From IMG/VR virus record IMGVR_UViG_3300020438_002387, positions 1 to 52,595 of that record: 52,595 nucleotides of DNA; one strand, given 5' to 3'. The stretch's first letter is position 1. Each line of letters begins with the position of its first letter. A program made the position numbers and the translations under genes. Source of the DNA: a virus (taxonomy: Duplodnaviria; Caudoviricetes). Below the pieces are notes generated by a model. The model ran no database searches and had not been told where the DNA came from. It saw only the letters and a list, made by a program, of their open reading frames with translations. Positions 18,487-28,532 of this stretch are shown here, piece by piece.

Positions 18487-19913
18487 GTTAAAATCTTTAC
18501 TTGATGTGTCATTGGGCAGTAGCTTTTCCAATCGTGTTCTTGCCATGGTGGTGCATTAAATTCGTTTATATCCCATAAATTAAAATCTTTAACTTTTCCA
18601 AAATTTATTTCATCTTTATTACAATAGAAGTCTCCTAATCTAGAAGGTATAAACAGCCAGATATTTTCATCAATATTTTTTAATGTGTCTATTAAGTTAT
18701 TTTCTCTTGCTACTCGATATTTAACATTTGCTGAATTTACATATGGTATATGATTAAAAACATCACTAACATTGACGAATGTATTTTTATTAGGTTCTAA
18801 AAAATTATATGTATTAGGAGCAAAATAATCTAATAATTTATAATCAAATTTTAATTGTCTAACTTTATTCCAAAGACTTTGAAAATCATCAAAGTTTTGT
18901 TCAAACGAATCCCACCAATCTCTTATTTTTTTCTCATGATTAATTAAATCATAATTATAGCTATCAGGAACAAACTTCATTTGATTCATATAAAATGTTG
19001 CATAATCTTTTCCATCCCATTCTTCTACTAATGACTTCATAAAACTAAGTACCGCATAACTTATATCAGTAAATGTAATTTTAGTATTGTTGTGATATCC
19101 CAATGTTAAAAGATTGTGTATCCAATTTAATCCCGTTCCCGTAGTAACATAGTGGTCAACAGGATTTTCTATATTAATGTTCTCTGGTAGAGCATCGCTA
19201 TTCCACGGAGTAACCATTGTATTACATACTAGTGTATAATTAAAAAGTTCTGGAACGTGGCGCAAGTAAACGTGATCATATTCGTAATACAAATAAAACT
19301 TATTAATTCGTATGTCGTCGCCTACATCGCAGAATACAGCATTGTTTTTTAACCCTATATCTATAAAATTCCAGCCATGTCTTTGCTGCGTATAAGTTCT
19401 AGAAGTATTTCCTTGTTCAATCCATACTGGTATTTCGGTATCGCCCCGGACACACTCTTCACTTCTAATTGGTTCTATTTTAGTATGAGTTTTATTCCAA
19501 TCAACATCGCCCATTTCAGGAGACCCTAGTCTCCTATATTCTTCCAAGTTCATAATAAAAAATTGATTATGAATTTCATAATAAGCATCGTTTCGATCTA
19601 GTACATGTCCTGCTAAAGTAAATTGTTCTTTGCATTTTTGTTCAACACTAGAAAATAATCTATCAGACAATCCTAAATGAGTTCCAGTTATAACAACAAC
19701 AGCATGTGTATAAAATTTATCGCTAGCCGCTCTTTTTAATAATTTATCTGTGGAAGTGTCTATTATTATGTCATATCCATTTTGTATTGTTTTTGATAAA
19801 AAGTAATCGCTTACATTTTTAGCAGTTTCTCTAGACGAAGCACTATACTGATTATTAATATTATCAAATATACAATAAACAATTTTATTTTGTTTCTTAA
19901 TTCTATAATCCAT
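18483..19913 (-). CDS. hypothetical two-domain protein; C-terminal half possibly SAM/Rossmann-like
   Basis: 476-aa ORF; TGTGLN…FTDIS…VNVSDVF pattern. Confidence 0.55.
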   Translation of the reverse strand: MDYRIKKQNKIVYCIFDNINNQYSASSRETAKNVSDYFLSKTIQNGYDIIIDTSTDKLLKRAASDKFYTHAVVVITGTHLGLSDRLFSSVEQKCKEQFTLAGHVLDRNDAYYEIHNQFFIMNLEEYRRLGSPEMGDVDWNKTHTKIEPIRSEECVRGDTEIPVWIEQGNTSRTYTQQRHGWNFIDIGLKNNAVFCDVGDDIRINKFYLYYEYDHVYLRHVPELFNYTLVCNTMVTPWNSDALPENINIENPVDHYVTTGTGLNWIHNLLTLGYHNNTKITFTDISYAVLSFMKSLVEEWDGKDYATFYMNQMKFVPDSYNYDLINHEKKIRDWWDSFEQNFDDFQSLWNKVRQLKFDYKLLDYFAPNTYNFLEPNKNTFVNVSDVFNHIPYVNSANVKYRVARENNLIDTLKNIDENIWLFIPSRLGDFYCNKDEINFGKVKDFNLWDINEFNAPPWQEHDWKSYCPMTHQVKILT

Positions 19914-19914
19914 T

Positions 19915-20649
19915 TTAATTTCCTAATTTATTAAATGCCCACATACGTTCCTCACACCACCAACAAGAACCACAGTGTGAACCAATGTGTTCGTCATTTT
20001 CGCAACTCCTAGTTACTGGAAATAGTGTTTCTGTTACTCCTAAAGAATCATACATCCTTGCTATGTCTTTTTTATTATGATTAAACCATGGTATATATGC
20101 ACGTTCGTCTAATTTTAATTCGTCAACAGGGTTTCCATCAATTGTCAGAGGACATTCTTCTCCAAAATGTGTTGCCTTTTCAACAGGTATTGTAAATCCA
20201 AATAAAGGATGAATTGTATCTTCAGATCTAAATTCATTATGCCAGTCTGGTTGCTGACCATTCCAAGTTTTGTAAACAGTACTCGGAGGAAATTTAGTAA
20301 GCCCCAAATATATTATATCGACTTCGTTTTTATCTAATGCACTAGTTAACATATTAATATAAAATTCTGCAGATTCGTCAGGTTCAACAATTTCTCGATG
20401 TATTACATAATTATTATTTCCAGTCAGTTCTGCACATTTTTCTACAACTGCATAAAAATATTTTTCTAATGCAGGTCTTCTTTTTTCTGCCATCATATTA
20501 TATACATGTACAGTTTCTTTAACATTAGACATCAAAACATATAGCAACAATGCACTATCTGCACCACAACTTACTCCAACGCCAACAGGGCCTTTTTTAT
20601 AAATTCCGATATCGACGTCAGCATTTTTTATATAATCTAAGTTTACCAT
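19915..20649 (-). CDS. QueC-like PP-loop ATPase
   Basis: GVSCGADS PP-loop; TRSCE…HCGSCWWC.ER Zn motif. Confidence 0.75.
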   Translation of the reverse strand: MVNLDYIKNADVDIGIYKKGPVGVGVSCGADSALLLYVLMSNVKETVHVYNMMAEKRRPALEKYFYAVVEKCAELTGNNNYVIHREIVEPDESAEFYINMLTSALDKNEVDIIYLGLTKFPPSTVYKTWNGQQPDWHNEFRSEDTIHPLFGFTIPVEKATHFGEECPLTIDGNPVDELKLDERAYIPWFNHNKKDIARMYDSLGVTETLFPVTRSCENDEHIGSHCGSCWWCEERMWAFNKLGN

Positions 20650-21197
20650 CTTGTATTCCTATGCAAAACTTCAAAAAATTTGTCTGGGAATATTTCCCAT
20701 ACTGTTTGATTAGTGCCTCTATAAAACACATCTTTTATACGTTTCATTTGTCCTGTTTTTTCCATGGCCGGAGCAAATACTCTATGTACTATTTGTTGTG
20801 TTCCGGCTTCGTTTTCATTAGAAGTTATAAATGCCTTAGCTCCTTTAGGAAGCCATTCTAAACAAGCAGGAATTAAAAATTGTCCTGTTGCGTGTTGGTG
20901 TGTGACAATCTGGTTACGTGTTCGTAAACTAACTAACGGTAATTTATCTGTAAACACACATGTTCTAGCAGCAACTCTAAATGTATTAGGGCCCATTACA
21001 TCGTCAAATGTATGTGCTGCTACACTGCCTACAGCTTCATTATTATAGTATAATATCCAAGTCTGCCATTTATCTTCTTTACGAAAACAATCTACTAGCA
21101 TATGCTGTGACGCATTATTCTCAAAACCCCTACTAGCAGCATCTTTATAAAATTGCTCTAAATCTAACTGTTCGGACCAAGGAATTATTTTATACAT
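20643..21197 (-). CDS. hypothetical protein, possibly GNAT-like
   Basis: Size and the WILYYNNEAVGSVA strand pattern; weak. Confidence 0.5.
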   Translation of the reverse strand: MYKIIPWSEQLDLEQFYKDAASRGFENNASQHMLVDCFRKEDKWQTWILYYNNEAVGSVAAHTFDDVMGPNTFRVAARTCVFTDKLPLVSLRTRNQIVTHQHATGQFLIPACLEWLPKGAKAFITSNENEAGTQQIVHRVFAPAMEKTGQMKRIKDVFYRGTNQTVWEIFPDKFFEVLHRNTRW

Positions 21198-21873
21198 TAA
21201 GTGCCTTCTCTATAAAATCTGCCGGATAATTGGTTCTAAAACTATTCCAACATAATTTATCCATAACGTTCCACGGCTGTGGAACATTCCACTCGATGCC
21301 TAACTTTTCTAAATTCTTATGCATTTCGTCTTGTCTTGTGCTATATATATGACTTTCAACATCAACAATACTTACATGAGGCTCATCTTTATGGTATGTA
21401 AAGAAGTAATTCATACTTTTTAGTTTACCATCAACAACAAAGTAACTACTCGGGTGCATACTGTATTTGTGTAGTCCTAAACTCTTATGTGCTTTTATAA
21501 TTTCAAGCATTTGTTCTTGCCAATCAGGTAATACACTGTCATAATTGTGTGTTGTACAGTTTGCTCTATTCCAAAAGTCTTTACCTTCAATTTCTAGATA
21601 GACTTTACGTTCTTGTTCATCTATACTAAAGTTAGGAATATGCTCAGGATAATGCATCTTCATAAGTTTAAGGAATTTTATTTCACGATTAAACTTTTCA
21701 TCCATTAACGCAGGATCAACTACTTGATTTTGTCCTTTATGATATTCACCATCGTTATAATACCATTGTACAAAAGTAGTTAAAGTACTGTTAGCAAGAC
21801 TAGTGTAAATTAAATTATTTCGACATAGTCCTGTACCCGGAATATCATTATAATAATATTGCATTTTGTCCAA
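21190..21873 (-). CDS. protein-kinase-like fold protein, probable pseudokinase
   Basis: REIKFL alphaC-like, YLEI hinge, degenerate catalytic loop HKYSMHPSS; AGGAGG RBS supports the TTG start. Confidence 0.55.
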   Translation of the reverse strand: MDKMQYYYNDIPGTGLCRNNLIYTSLANSTLTTFVQWYYNDGEYHKGQNQVVDPALMDEKFNREIKFLKLMKMHYPEHIPNFSIDEQERKVYLEIEGKDFWNRANCTTHNYDSVLPDWQEQMLEIIKAHKSLGLHKYSMHPSSYFVVDGKLKSMNYFFTYHKDEPHVSIVDVESHIYSTRQDEMHKNLEKLGIEWNVPQPWNVMDKLCWNSFRTNYPADFIEKALNV

Positions 21874-21906
21874 CTCAATTCCTCCTGTATACTATAATTT
21901 ATCTAA

Positions 21907-21916
21907 TAAATATTTA
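21907..21916. promoter_or_regulatory. palindromic double TAAATA box between divergent genes
   Basis: TAAATATTTA is its own reverse complement. Confidence 0.5.
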
Positions 21917-21941
21917 CATAGAGTTAGATATGGAGAATTAA

Positions 21942-22796
21942 ATGGATTGCACATTACACGAGAATGGCTGGACAACCATTGTCAACGACTTTGATATTAG
22001 TACAGCTACGCAAGAAGACATAAACAAAATTTGTAAATTAGTAAGTGATACTACCTGTGTAGTATTAAAAAAACAGCCTCAATTAGATCTAGAAACAGAA
22101 CTAAGAATAATTAACATGTTTAAAGACCCATCGCCGCTATTTCATAAAAAAGACGATCACTTTAGACATACAGCAGTAGACCCAGATGGATTAATATGTC
22201 GTGTAACAGCAGAAAAGAATGAAGAAGGAAAAACAGGTATTGGTGCTAATCCTGGCGATTTTGACTGGCATGCAAATGTTACATGGCGAAGAATTAGAGA
22301 ACCTATCATTTGGCTACGTGCAGTTAAAGGAACTGAAGGTTCAACAACTAGCTATAATAACAATGTAATGACATGGAACGACTTGCCTAAGACATTCCAA
22401 GAAAAACTAAAAGATCTAAAATTAATAATTACAGGCGGTAGACGTCATGATGGTTCTCCTATCTCTGCAAGAGAAGACGAAGATCGTGGAGAAAAGTTTA
22501 ATCATCCGCTAGTATATACTAGCCCTCTTACTGGAAAAGTTGGGTTTTATTGCCCTTATTTACAAGTAAGGGGCATTGTAGATATGCCAAGAGAAGAATC
22601 AAACGAACTAATCAAATGGATCGGAGAATATATAACTCAAGAAAAATATGTATACCATCATGATTGGGAGGATGGAGATATTGTTATTGCAGATCAATGG
22701 CACGGCATACACAAACGCTGGAAATTTGTTAATCTAGAAACTAGAGTGTTGCACAGAGCAGCACTATATTACCCAGATCAGGATTATTCTAACTAA
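21942..22796 (+). CDS. TauD/TfdA-family dioxygenase (HxN variant; paralog of 16985)
   Basis: LHENGWT, WHAN, YHHDWEDGDIVI, IHKRW, LHR, PDQDY. Confidence 0.8.
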   Translation: MDCTLHENGWTTIVNDFDISTATQEDINKICKLVSDTTCVVLKKQPQLDLETELRIINMFKDPSPLFHKKDDHFRHTAVDPDGLICRVTAEKNEEGKTGIGANPGDFDWHANVTWRRIREPIIWLRAVKGTEGSTTSYNNNVMTWNDLPKTFQEKLKDLKLIITGGRRHDGSPISAREDEDRGEKFNHPLVYTSPLTGKVGFYCPYLQVRGIVDMPREESNELIKWIGEYITQEKYVYHHDWEDGDIVIADQWHGIHKRWKFVNLETRVLHRAALYYPDQDYSN

Positions 22797-23848
22797 TGAA
22801 GAATACACTTTCAGTCTGTCATCACTGTTATAGACATGTGCCAGCAATTAAATTTGAAAAAGATAATAGCATCTGGCTGCGTAAAACGTGTCCTGAACAC
22901 GGAGAATCAACACACTTAGTTGAACCAGATGCAGAGTTTTATAATAGCTATAACTACGAGAGACATGCACTAGGAAGTTACTTTATTGAAATTACAAATA
23001 GATGTAATCTAGCTTGTCCTCATTGTTATCAAATGCCTGACAATCAGTCTGTTGATCCTGAAGTTACACGTATAATAGAGGATATTAAGTCTTGGCCCGA
23101 TGACGGATTGCCTATTGCAATTTGCGGCGCAGAGCCGACTACAAGGAAAGACTTACCAGATATTATAAAGAAAATACAAGCACTGCCTGGTAAACCCCGT
23201 AGTTTAATGATTTTAACAAACGGAGTTAACTTATCTAATTATGATTATGCAAAAAAGTTTGCAGAGTTAGAAGGTGTTAGATGGACATTTGGTCTTAATC
23301 ATACTGATTACCAAGGTCCTGTGGTTAGAAAAAAACAAATGCAAGGTATTAAAAATTGTATAGACTTAGGGCTTGTAATTAAAAATATTTCGTATACACT
23401 TTTAAATATGTCTCAGTTAGAAGATTGTATTAACGAATTAGTTGACTTAGGTCAAGGATATTGCGAAGCATACAGAATTAGATGCGGCGCAGATATTGGC
23501 AGAGCTCCAAACGCAAAACAAATTTATTTGTCAGACTTGATGAAAGCAACCGAAGAAATTTGTAAGAAAAATGAATACACTTTTGAAAAATTTAACTATG
23601 GTAATAGAGCACATTACTGTGTAGAGATTAATGGATTACCGGCAAGAATAATACAATGGCCTGATGCAACTACGTTAGATTTAAGCGAAGTACAAACTGA
23701 ATCAATTGCAGATATAATACCTGGAAAGCCTCCTAGTCCACTAGTGCATCAAGTTATACTAAGAGACGGGGCAATAAACAAAGGATTACCTTTACTAGAT
23801 ACAATACCACAAGAGTGGATAGATAACTATGGAGGAATTAATGATTAA
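22796..23848 (+). CDS. radical SAM enzyme with N-terminal rubredoxin-like site (MJ0619/Tes-like N-terminus)
   Basis: TLSVCHHC…KTCPEHG; ITNRCNLACPHC; GAEPT; LTNG. Confidence 0.8.
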   Translation: MKNTLSVCHHCYRHVPAIKFEKDNSIWLRKTCPEHGESTHLVEPDAEFYNSYNYERHALGSYFIEITNRCNLACPHCYQMPDNQSVDPEVTRIIEDIKSWPDDGLPIAICGAEPTTRKDLPDIIKKIQALPGKPRSLMILTNGVNLSNYDYAKKFAELEGVRWTFGLNHTDYQGPVVRKKQMQGIKNCIDLGLVIKNISYTLLNMSQLEDCINELVDLGQGYCEAYRIRCGADIGRAPNAKQIYLSDLMKATEEICKKNEYTFEKFNYGNRAHYCVEINGLPARIIQWPDATTLDLSEVQTESIADIIPGKPPSPLVHQVILRDGAINKGLPLLDTIPQEWIDNYGGIND

Positions 23849-24650
23849 AGGCATTAACGGAAAACCATACATTAACCTAGATCCTTACTTAGATATAGAC
23901 GGATTTAGAAATTTGCATGCAGAAATCTGTAAAGGATTTGCACTTTCACGAGAATATGCAAAGGAAGGCACATGGATGGAGCCAGGATTTAAGTTTGATG
24001 ATATGAGTTATGTTTTGAATTGGAAACCTATCTATCAAGCATTTGCCGAGTATCAAATGCTGCCAGAAGATCATCCTATTAAAGAACAGGGCAAAGAAAT
24101 CTTTCCTAACGATTTTAAAAATTATAAGCAACGCAATTTATTCACACGATATTTAAAAGGTGTACTTGGTGCCAACGACCCTTACAATTATTATTTTCTT
24201 TGGGAGGAAGGCAGCTGGGACGAACGTAATGCAGAACGCAAGCCAACAGAAGAACAGAAATATTTTCCAGGCGTTGTACGTTGGGTAGAAAATTTAGTCA
24301 AAGAAGATATAATTGATCGTATCGGTCGTGTTATATTCTTCCATTGTGATCACAACGGACATGCATTTGAGCACAGAGACCTAGACGGAAAAAATGGCAA
24401 CGAGCAAGGGTATAGCAATCACAAGAATGAGTTTATACATATACGCTATCGCACAAAACGTGGATTCTATATATGGGATCCTGAATCACAAAACAAGCAT
24501 TACATAAACTCTAATGCAGCATTTTGGAATGATGAAGATTGGCACGGCGGCGAACATTCAAACGAAGTTGAATACGGACTGCGTATCGACTGCACTTTTA
24601 CTCCGAAGTTTAGAAACACTCTCGGTATTAATCATTTAGAAAGTTACTAA
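23841..24650 (+). CDS. putative Fe/2OG DSBH oxygenase (paralog of 15207)
   Basis: GGAGG RBS; EHRD…EFIHI…WNDEDWHGG…LRID. Confidence 0.6.
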   Translation: MIKGINGKPYINLDPYLDIDGFRNLHAEICKGFALSREYAKEGTWMEPGFKFDDMSYVLNWKPIYQAFAEYQMLPEDHPIKEQGKEIFPNDFKNYKQRNLFTRYLKGVLGANDPYNYYFLWEEGSWDERNAERKPTEEQKYFPGVVRWVENLVKEDIIDRIGRVIFFHCDHNGHAFEHRDLDGKNGNEQGYSNHKNEFIHIRYRTKRGFYIWDPESQNKHYINSNAAFWNDEDWHGGEHSNEVEYGLRIDCTFTPKFRNTLGINHLESY

Positions 24651-25174
24651 TGGAATTTATTGGAAATTACAAAAATTGGATTATTGAAAATAGCATTATC
24701 GAAATGCTAGAAAATAAAAAAGGCGATACTACTCCTGTTTGGCAACCGGACCGTTGGAATGGAAACCAAACATTAGATCATTATAGAGAATTAGCAAGAC
24801 CTGGATACTCGTGTAATAAATTTTTCTTCCATCAGTTAAATTCTGACTCAGAAGAAATGCAGGATTACAAGTTTATATATCCCAACTTACCTAAAGAACG
24901 TAATAATAAACTTTGGTGGTTTGTAAAACTATACCCGGGCGAGTTTCAGGCAATGCATGTAGATCCTCATTTAACAGAAGTAAAAAACTTTGTACGTTAT
25001 ACTATATTTTTACAAGATTGGATGCCAGGGCATATATTTGTTTATGACGATAAGATACTAACAAATTATAAAGCAGGAGACATGTATGAGTGGAACGATC
25101 CTGAATGTATACACGGACCTGCTAACATTGGATACACTCCTAGACTAACTTTGCAAATTACACTACACGACTAA
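24650..25174 (+). CDS. putative Fe/2OG DSBH oxygenase
   Basis: AMHVD…IHGPAN…RLTLQI. Confidence 0.65.
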   Translation: MEFIGNYKNWIIENSIIEMLENKKGDTTPVWQPDRWNGNQTLDHYRELARPGYSCNKFFFHQLNSDSEEMQDYKFIYPNLPKERNNKLWWFVKLYPGEFQAMHVDPHLTEVKNFVRYTIFLQDWMPGHIFVYDDKILTNYKAGDMYEWNDPECIHGPANIGYTPRLTLQITLHD

Positions 25175-25662
25175 TAACCTAATAAATGAAACATATATTT
25201 GTTTGCAAGTCCTGCATTTATTCCGCTGTGCCAATCTTTATAATTGTTCCACTCTAATATCTTTCCTTGATCGTTATTAAAGTGATATTCTTTATCTAAA
25301 ATAAAAATATGTCCAAGATTTGGCTTACTAACAAATATTGAATACCTTTTAATTTTTCCATATTTTAAATATTCTTGTTCGTTATCATCTATATCATAAT
25401 GATAGCCTGTTATCCAGCCAGGTTCTAAACAGCTAATCCAGCTTCTTAGAGGAGTAACTTCTAATTGTTTTGATAGTATAGTTTCAATCTCTTTAGTATC
25501 GTAAAAGTTAATCCATTTTACCGAATTAATATTGAAATTGTTTTCTTGCCATAGATTTAATATGTTTTTGTATTCAGGGTTTGCCATATTCCATCTATCA
25601 GGATCGACAGTAACAACGCTACCGTCTTTTAAATTTTCAATTACATCATCCCAGTCAATCAT
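25171..25662 (-). CDS. putative Fe/2OG DSBH oxygenase
   Basis: GYHYD…WHSGINAG…KYMF. Confidence 0.65.
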   Translation of the reverse strand: MIDWDDVIENLKDGSVVTVDPDRWNMANPEYKNILNLWQENNFNINSVKWINFYDTKEIETILSKQLEVTPLRSWISCLEPGWITGYHYDIDDNEQEYLKYGKIKRYSIFVSKPNLGHIFILDKEYHFNNDQGKILEWNNYKDWHSGINAGLANKYMFHLLGY

Positions 25663-26341
25663 TAAAAACCTCATCAAATGCAGGAATAAATGGATTATAA
25701 GGCCAGTATGTGTTTATGTGATCATTGATTGTTAATTCGTGGAATGTTTCAAAATCTATTTTTCCGTCATTAGTAGACTTATTAAATCTCCATGCGCCGT
25801 TTTTTCCAATAACTCCTTCTATTAGTCTTCTTTCAATGTAACGTTCGTTATGTGGTATTACTGCATAATAATCAATTGTTTTAATTTGTTTATTTTTGTC
25901 TAAGAAAAAACAATGCGGGTATAGAGATAGTTTATAATGATGTGCATTATAAAACTCTACAAATACATTTTTTAATTGTTCTTTCCAATCAGGTATTTCG
26001 TCGTCCATAGATCGTTGAGGATCATTAATTATTTGCGACAACGTCTCTTTATTAAATTCTATATAAATTTTTTGTTCTTTATAGTCTATGTGATACAACT
26101 TAGGCGTTGATTTTAAATCTTGCAACTCAGTTAAAAACTTTGCCTCTCTGTGAAAGAACCAATCAACTAAATCAGATTTTAGTCTATCGGGAGTATTATA
26201 TCTATATGTCCTATCAATACAATAATGCATACACATTACAGATCCGTCTTGATTAATTGTAGGGGTATACAATAGATTTGATTCTACTTCTTCTCCTTCA
26301 AGATTTAATTTATAAAAATATTTCCAATTTTCATTGTTCAT
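25655..26341 (-). CDS. protein-kinase-like fold protein (paralog of 21190)
   Basis: NLLYT, REAKFL, PKL, IYIEF, YKLSLYPHC, IKTIDYY. Confidence 0.55.
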   Translation of the reverse strand: MNNENWKYFYKLNLEGEEVESNLLYTPTINQDGSVMCMHYCIDRTYRYNTPDRLKSDLVDWFFHREAKFLTELQDLKSTPKLYHIDYKEQKIYIEFNKETLSQIINDPQRSMDDEIPDWKEQLKNVFVEFYNAHHYKLSLYPHCFFLDKNKQIKTIDYYAVIPHNERYIERRLIEGVIGKNGAWRFNKSTNDGKIDFETFHELTINDHINTYWPYNPFIPAFDEVFND

Positions 26342-26346
26342 GTAAT

Positions 26347-27882
26347 TTATTTCCAATTGAGTTTTTTATCTATATAATTCTGTACAAATGTTTTAAACTT
26401 AGAATCACCTGTGTCGACATCTGATATTTTTTTATCGTATATTTCTTGGTATGAATCTGTTTCATACAAAACAAATAATCTGTCAGATAAAAACGGATTA
26501 CAACCTCTTAAGCATTTTACACCATCGTCCGAATAAAATTCTTTAACTAATGCATCGGCTTGGTACCAGTCCATAGTGTTGTGTTTCCAAATAACGACAT
26601 CATTGCGGGTGCTGCCTACGCCTCCTCCCTGTATTGATTTAAACACAACATCGCCATTTTTGTCTTTATAAACTTCATAACCAGGATGCTGTTTTGCATC
26701 TAGTTTCTCCAAACCGTTTTGTATAAGCTCTTTTGTAAATCTACTTTGATTAGTTAGGCTAATATCGTAATCAGGTACTTCTAATATCCAAGCACTAGCA
26801 CTTTGCCTTACCCATTCTGTGCTTAACCATTCCATAGAATTATACCACGATTCGGGAGTTTCTCCAGGAATTCCAGAAATCATTTGTATGTTAGCTCTAT
26901 ACCGCTTAGGGGCATGAATGTCCGTGTATGCCTCGAACTCTTTTAATCCTGCCTGTAATTTATCAGGATTCATTCCTTTACGTACAAGTTTTCCTGCTTC
27001 TTGATTAAACGTTTCTACTCCCATTGAATGTCCTAGAAATCCTAAGCGTATGTAGTCGTCCCAATAATCTCTATGTGTCACAACTAGATCGCCTCTAGCA
27101 AAGCCACATATCCAAGGATTATACCCTAGTTCGTCAACAGCTTCTGCATACTTGCGTATTTTTTCAGGACGATCGTTAAACGTTTCGTCCATCACACGCC
27201 AATTTTTAATTCCCCACTTTTCGTATCCAGTTTGTAATTGTTTTTTAAATTCTTCTTTACTTACACTTACATCTTTGCTTTGTCCTAATAACGGAAAATT
27301 ACAGTAACTACAATTGAACATGCAGCCGCGAGCAGTTTCAATCTGTGGACATTCATAATGCATCATAAAGTCGCGTTCTTCGTAGTCAATTAAATAACTA
27401 TCTAAAGGTGTCGAAGGATAATGATGCAATCCTCTAATTACGTTCTTACTTCCAAAAAATGCAGCATCAGTTTTTAAAGGTTCGCCTAATGTTCCGATAA
27501 GATGTCTACACAATGCTAGTATAGCATTTTCGCCGTAACTGTCTACCCAGTAATCAATATTTTCAGCAGGGGTAACAAGTGCATTATTTCCGCCCACCAC
27601 TCTAGGAATATTTGGATATTCTTTTTTAAGCCAAAGAATAAAATCATTAAGATATGGACTAAATGGATTCAAAAATGCTGTGCCGAAACAAAACATTACA
27701 GTGTTATTGGTTGCTCTAGAACGAACTAACTCTTGTAATTCTTCCAATGTCCAAAAAGAAGTAAAATCGATTACTTCTGCATCCCAGTCGTTCATTCGTA
27801 AAAAAGTTGCTACTCTGTGACTCCACAAAGCTCTTTCCCACCGTTTACCAGTAAGTGAAAAGAATATTACGTTGTTTTTCAT
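26347..27882 (-). CDS. B12-binding-domain radical SAM enzyme
   Basis: N-terminal cobalamin-domain-like region (VVGG…YGE); ETARGCMFNCSYC; DETF; GVET; GIPGET. Confidence 0.8.
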   Translation of the reverse strand: MKNNVIFFSLTGKRWERALWSHRVATFLRMNDWDAEVIDFTSFWTLEELQELVRSRATNNTVMFCFGTAFLNPFSPYLNDFILWLKKEYPNIPRVVGGNNALVTPAENIDYWVDSYGENAILALCRHLIGTLGEPLKTDAAFFGSKNVIRGLHHYPSTPLDSYLIDYEERDFMMHYECPQIETARGCMFNCSYCNFPLLGQSKDVSVSKEEFKKQLQTGYEKWGIKNWRVMDETFNDRPEKIRKYAEAVDELGYNPWICGFARGDLVVTHRDYWDDYIRLGFLGHSMGVETFNQEAGKLVRKGMNPDKLQAGLKEFEAYTDIHAPKRYRANIQMISGIPGETPESWYNSMEWLSTEWVRQSASAWILEVPDYDISLTNQSRFTKELIQNGLEKLDAKQHPGYEVYKDKNGDVVFKSIQGGGVGSTRNDVVIWKHNTMDWYQADALVKEFYSDDGVKCLRGCNPFLSDRLFVLYETDSYQEIYDKKISDVDTGDSKFKTFVQNYIDKKLNWK

Positions 27883-28532
27883 ATATTACTCTCAAATTTA
27901 AATTCTTTAGGAATTATAGATTCTAATTCTTCTAATAACCAATGTTCTACATCAAAATAAATTGATGCTTCAGATTGTTTAAAATTACTTATAGTTTTAT
28001 TTTTAGATGCACGGTTTAACCAAACACTCATAGTATTATCAAAACTATACCTAGGATTGGATCCGCCTGCTGTTATTTTTACAGATACTGAGTCTTTTAA
28101 TGTATTGCGTGTTAATAATTTTCGAACTACCAGTTGCATCCGAGTGTGCTCGCCTACGCTAATTGCCGTATGCAATCTTCCTGCATCCATAATATACCAA
28201 ACTCCGTCTTTTACAAGTTTGTGCATTTGTTGATTACCAAGGTCAATAAGGTAGTCTTGATCTCCTGACAAATTTAAATGATACCTATCGTCAATGTCAG
28301 CATGTTGTGTGTAACAACTAGGCGATTCCATTACAATAACTCTTGCTTGCCCGGCGTCAATAGGAAGACTATTCCAAATACTTTCCCATACTGTATTTTT
28401 GTATTCTTCTAATAATATCCAAGGGTCGTAAAAAAAGTCTCCTGACGGTGCTGTTAAATCGTGCTTTCCTTTTTTGAGTAGTGGCATGTCATCAATAGAT
28501 ACAGTATATTGTGTTTTAACAAGCATATACAT
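27879..28532 (-). CDS. AspH-like 2OG oxygenase with C-terminal extension
   Basis: QHADIDDRYHL…MDAGRLHTA…RMQLV. Confidence 0.65.
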   Translation of the reverse strand: MYMLVKTQYTVSIDDMPLLKKGKHDLTAPSGDFFYDPWILLEEYKNTVWESIWNSLPIDAGQARVIVMESPSCYTQHADIDDRYHLNLSGDQDYLIDLGNQQMHKLVKDGVWYIMDAGRLHTAISVGEHTRMQLVVRKLLTRNTLKDSVSVKITAGGSNPRYSFDNTMSVWLNRASKNKTISNFKQSEASIYFDVEHWLLEELESIIPKEFKFESNI

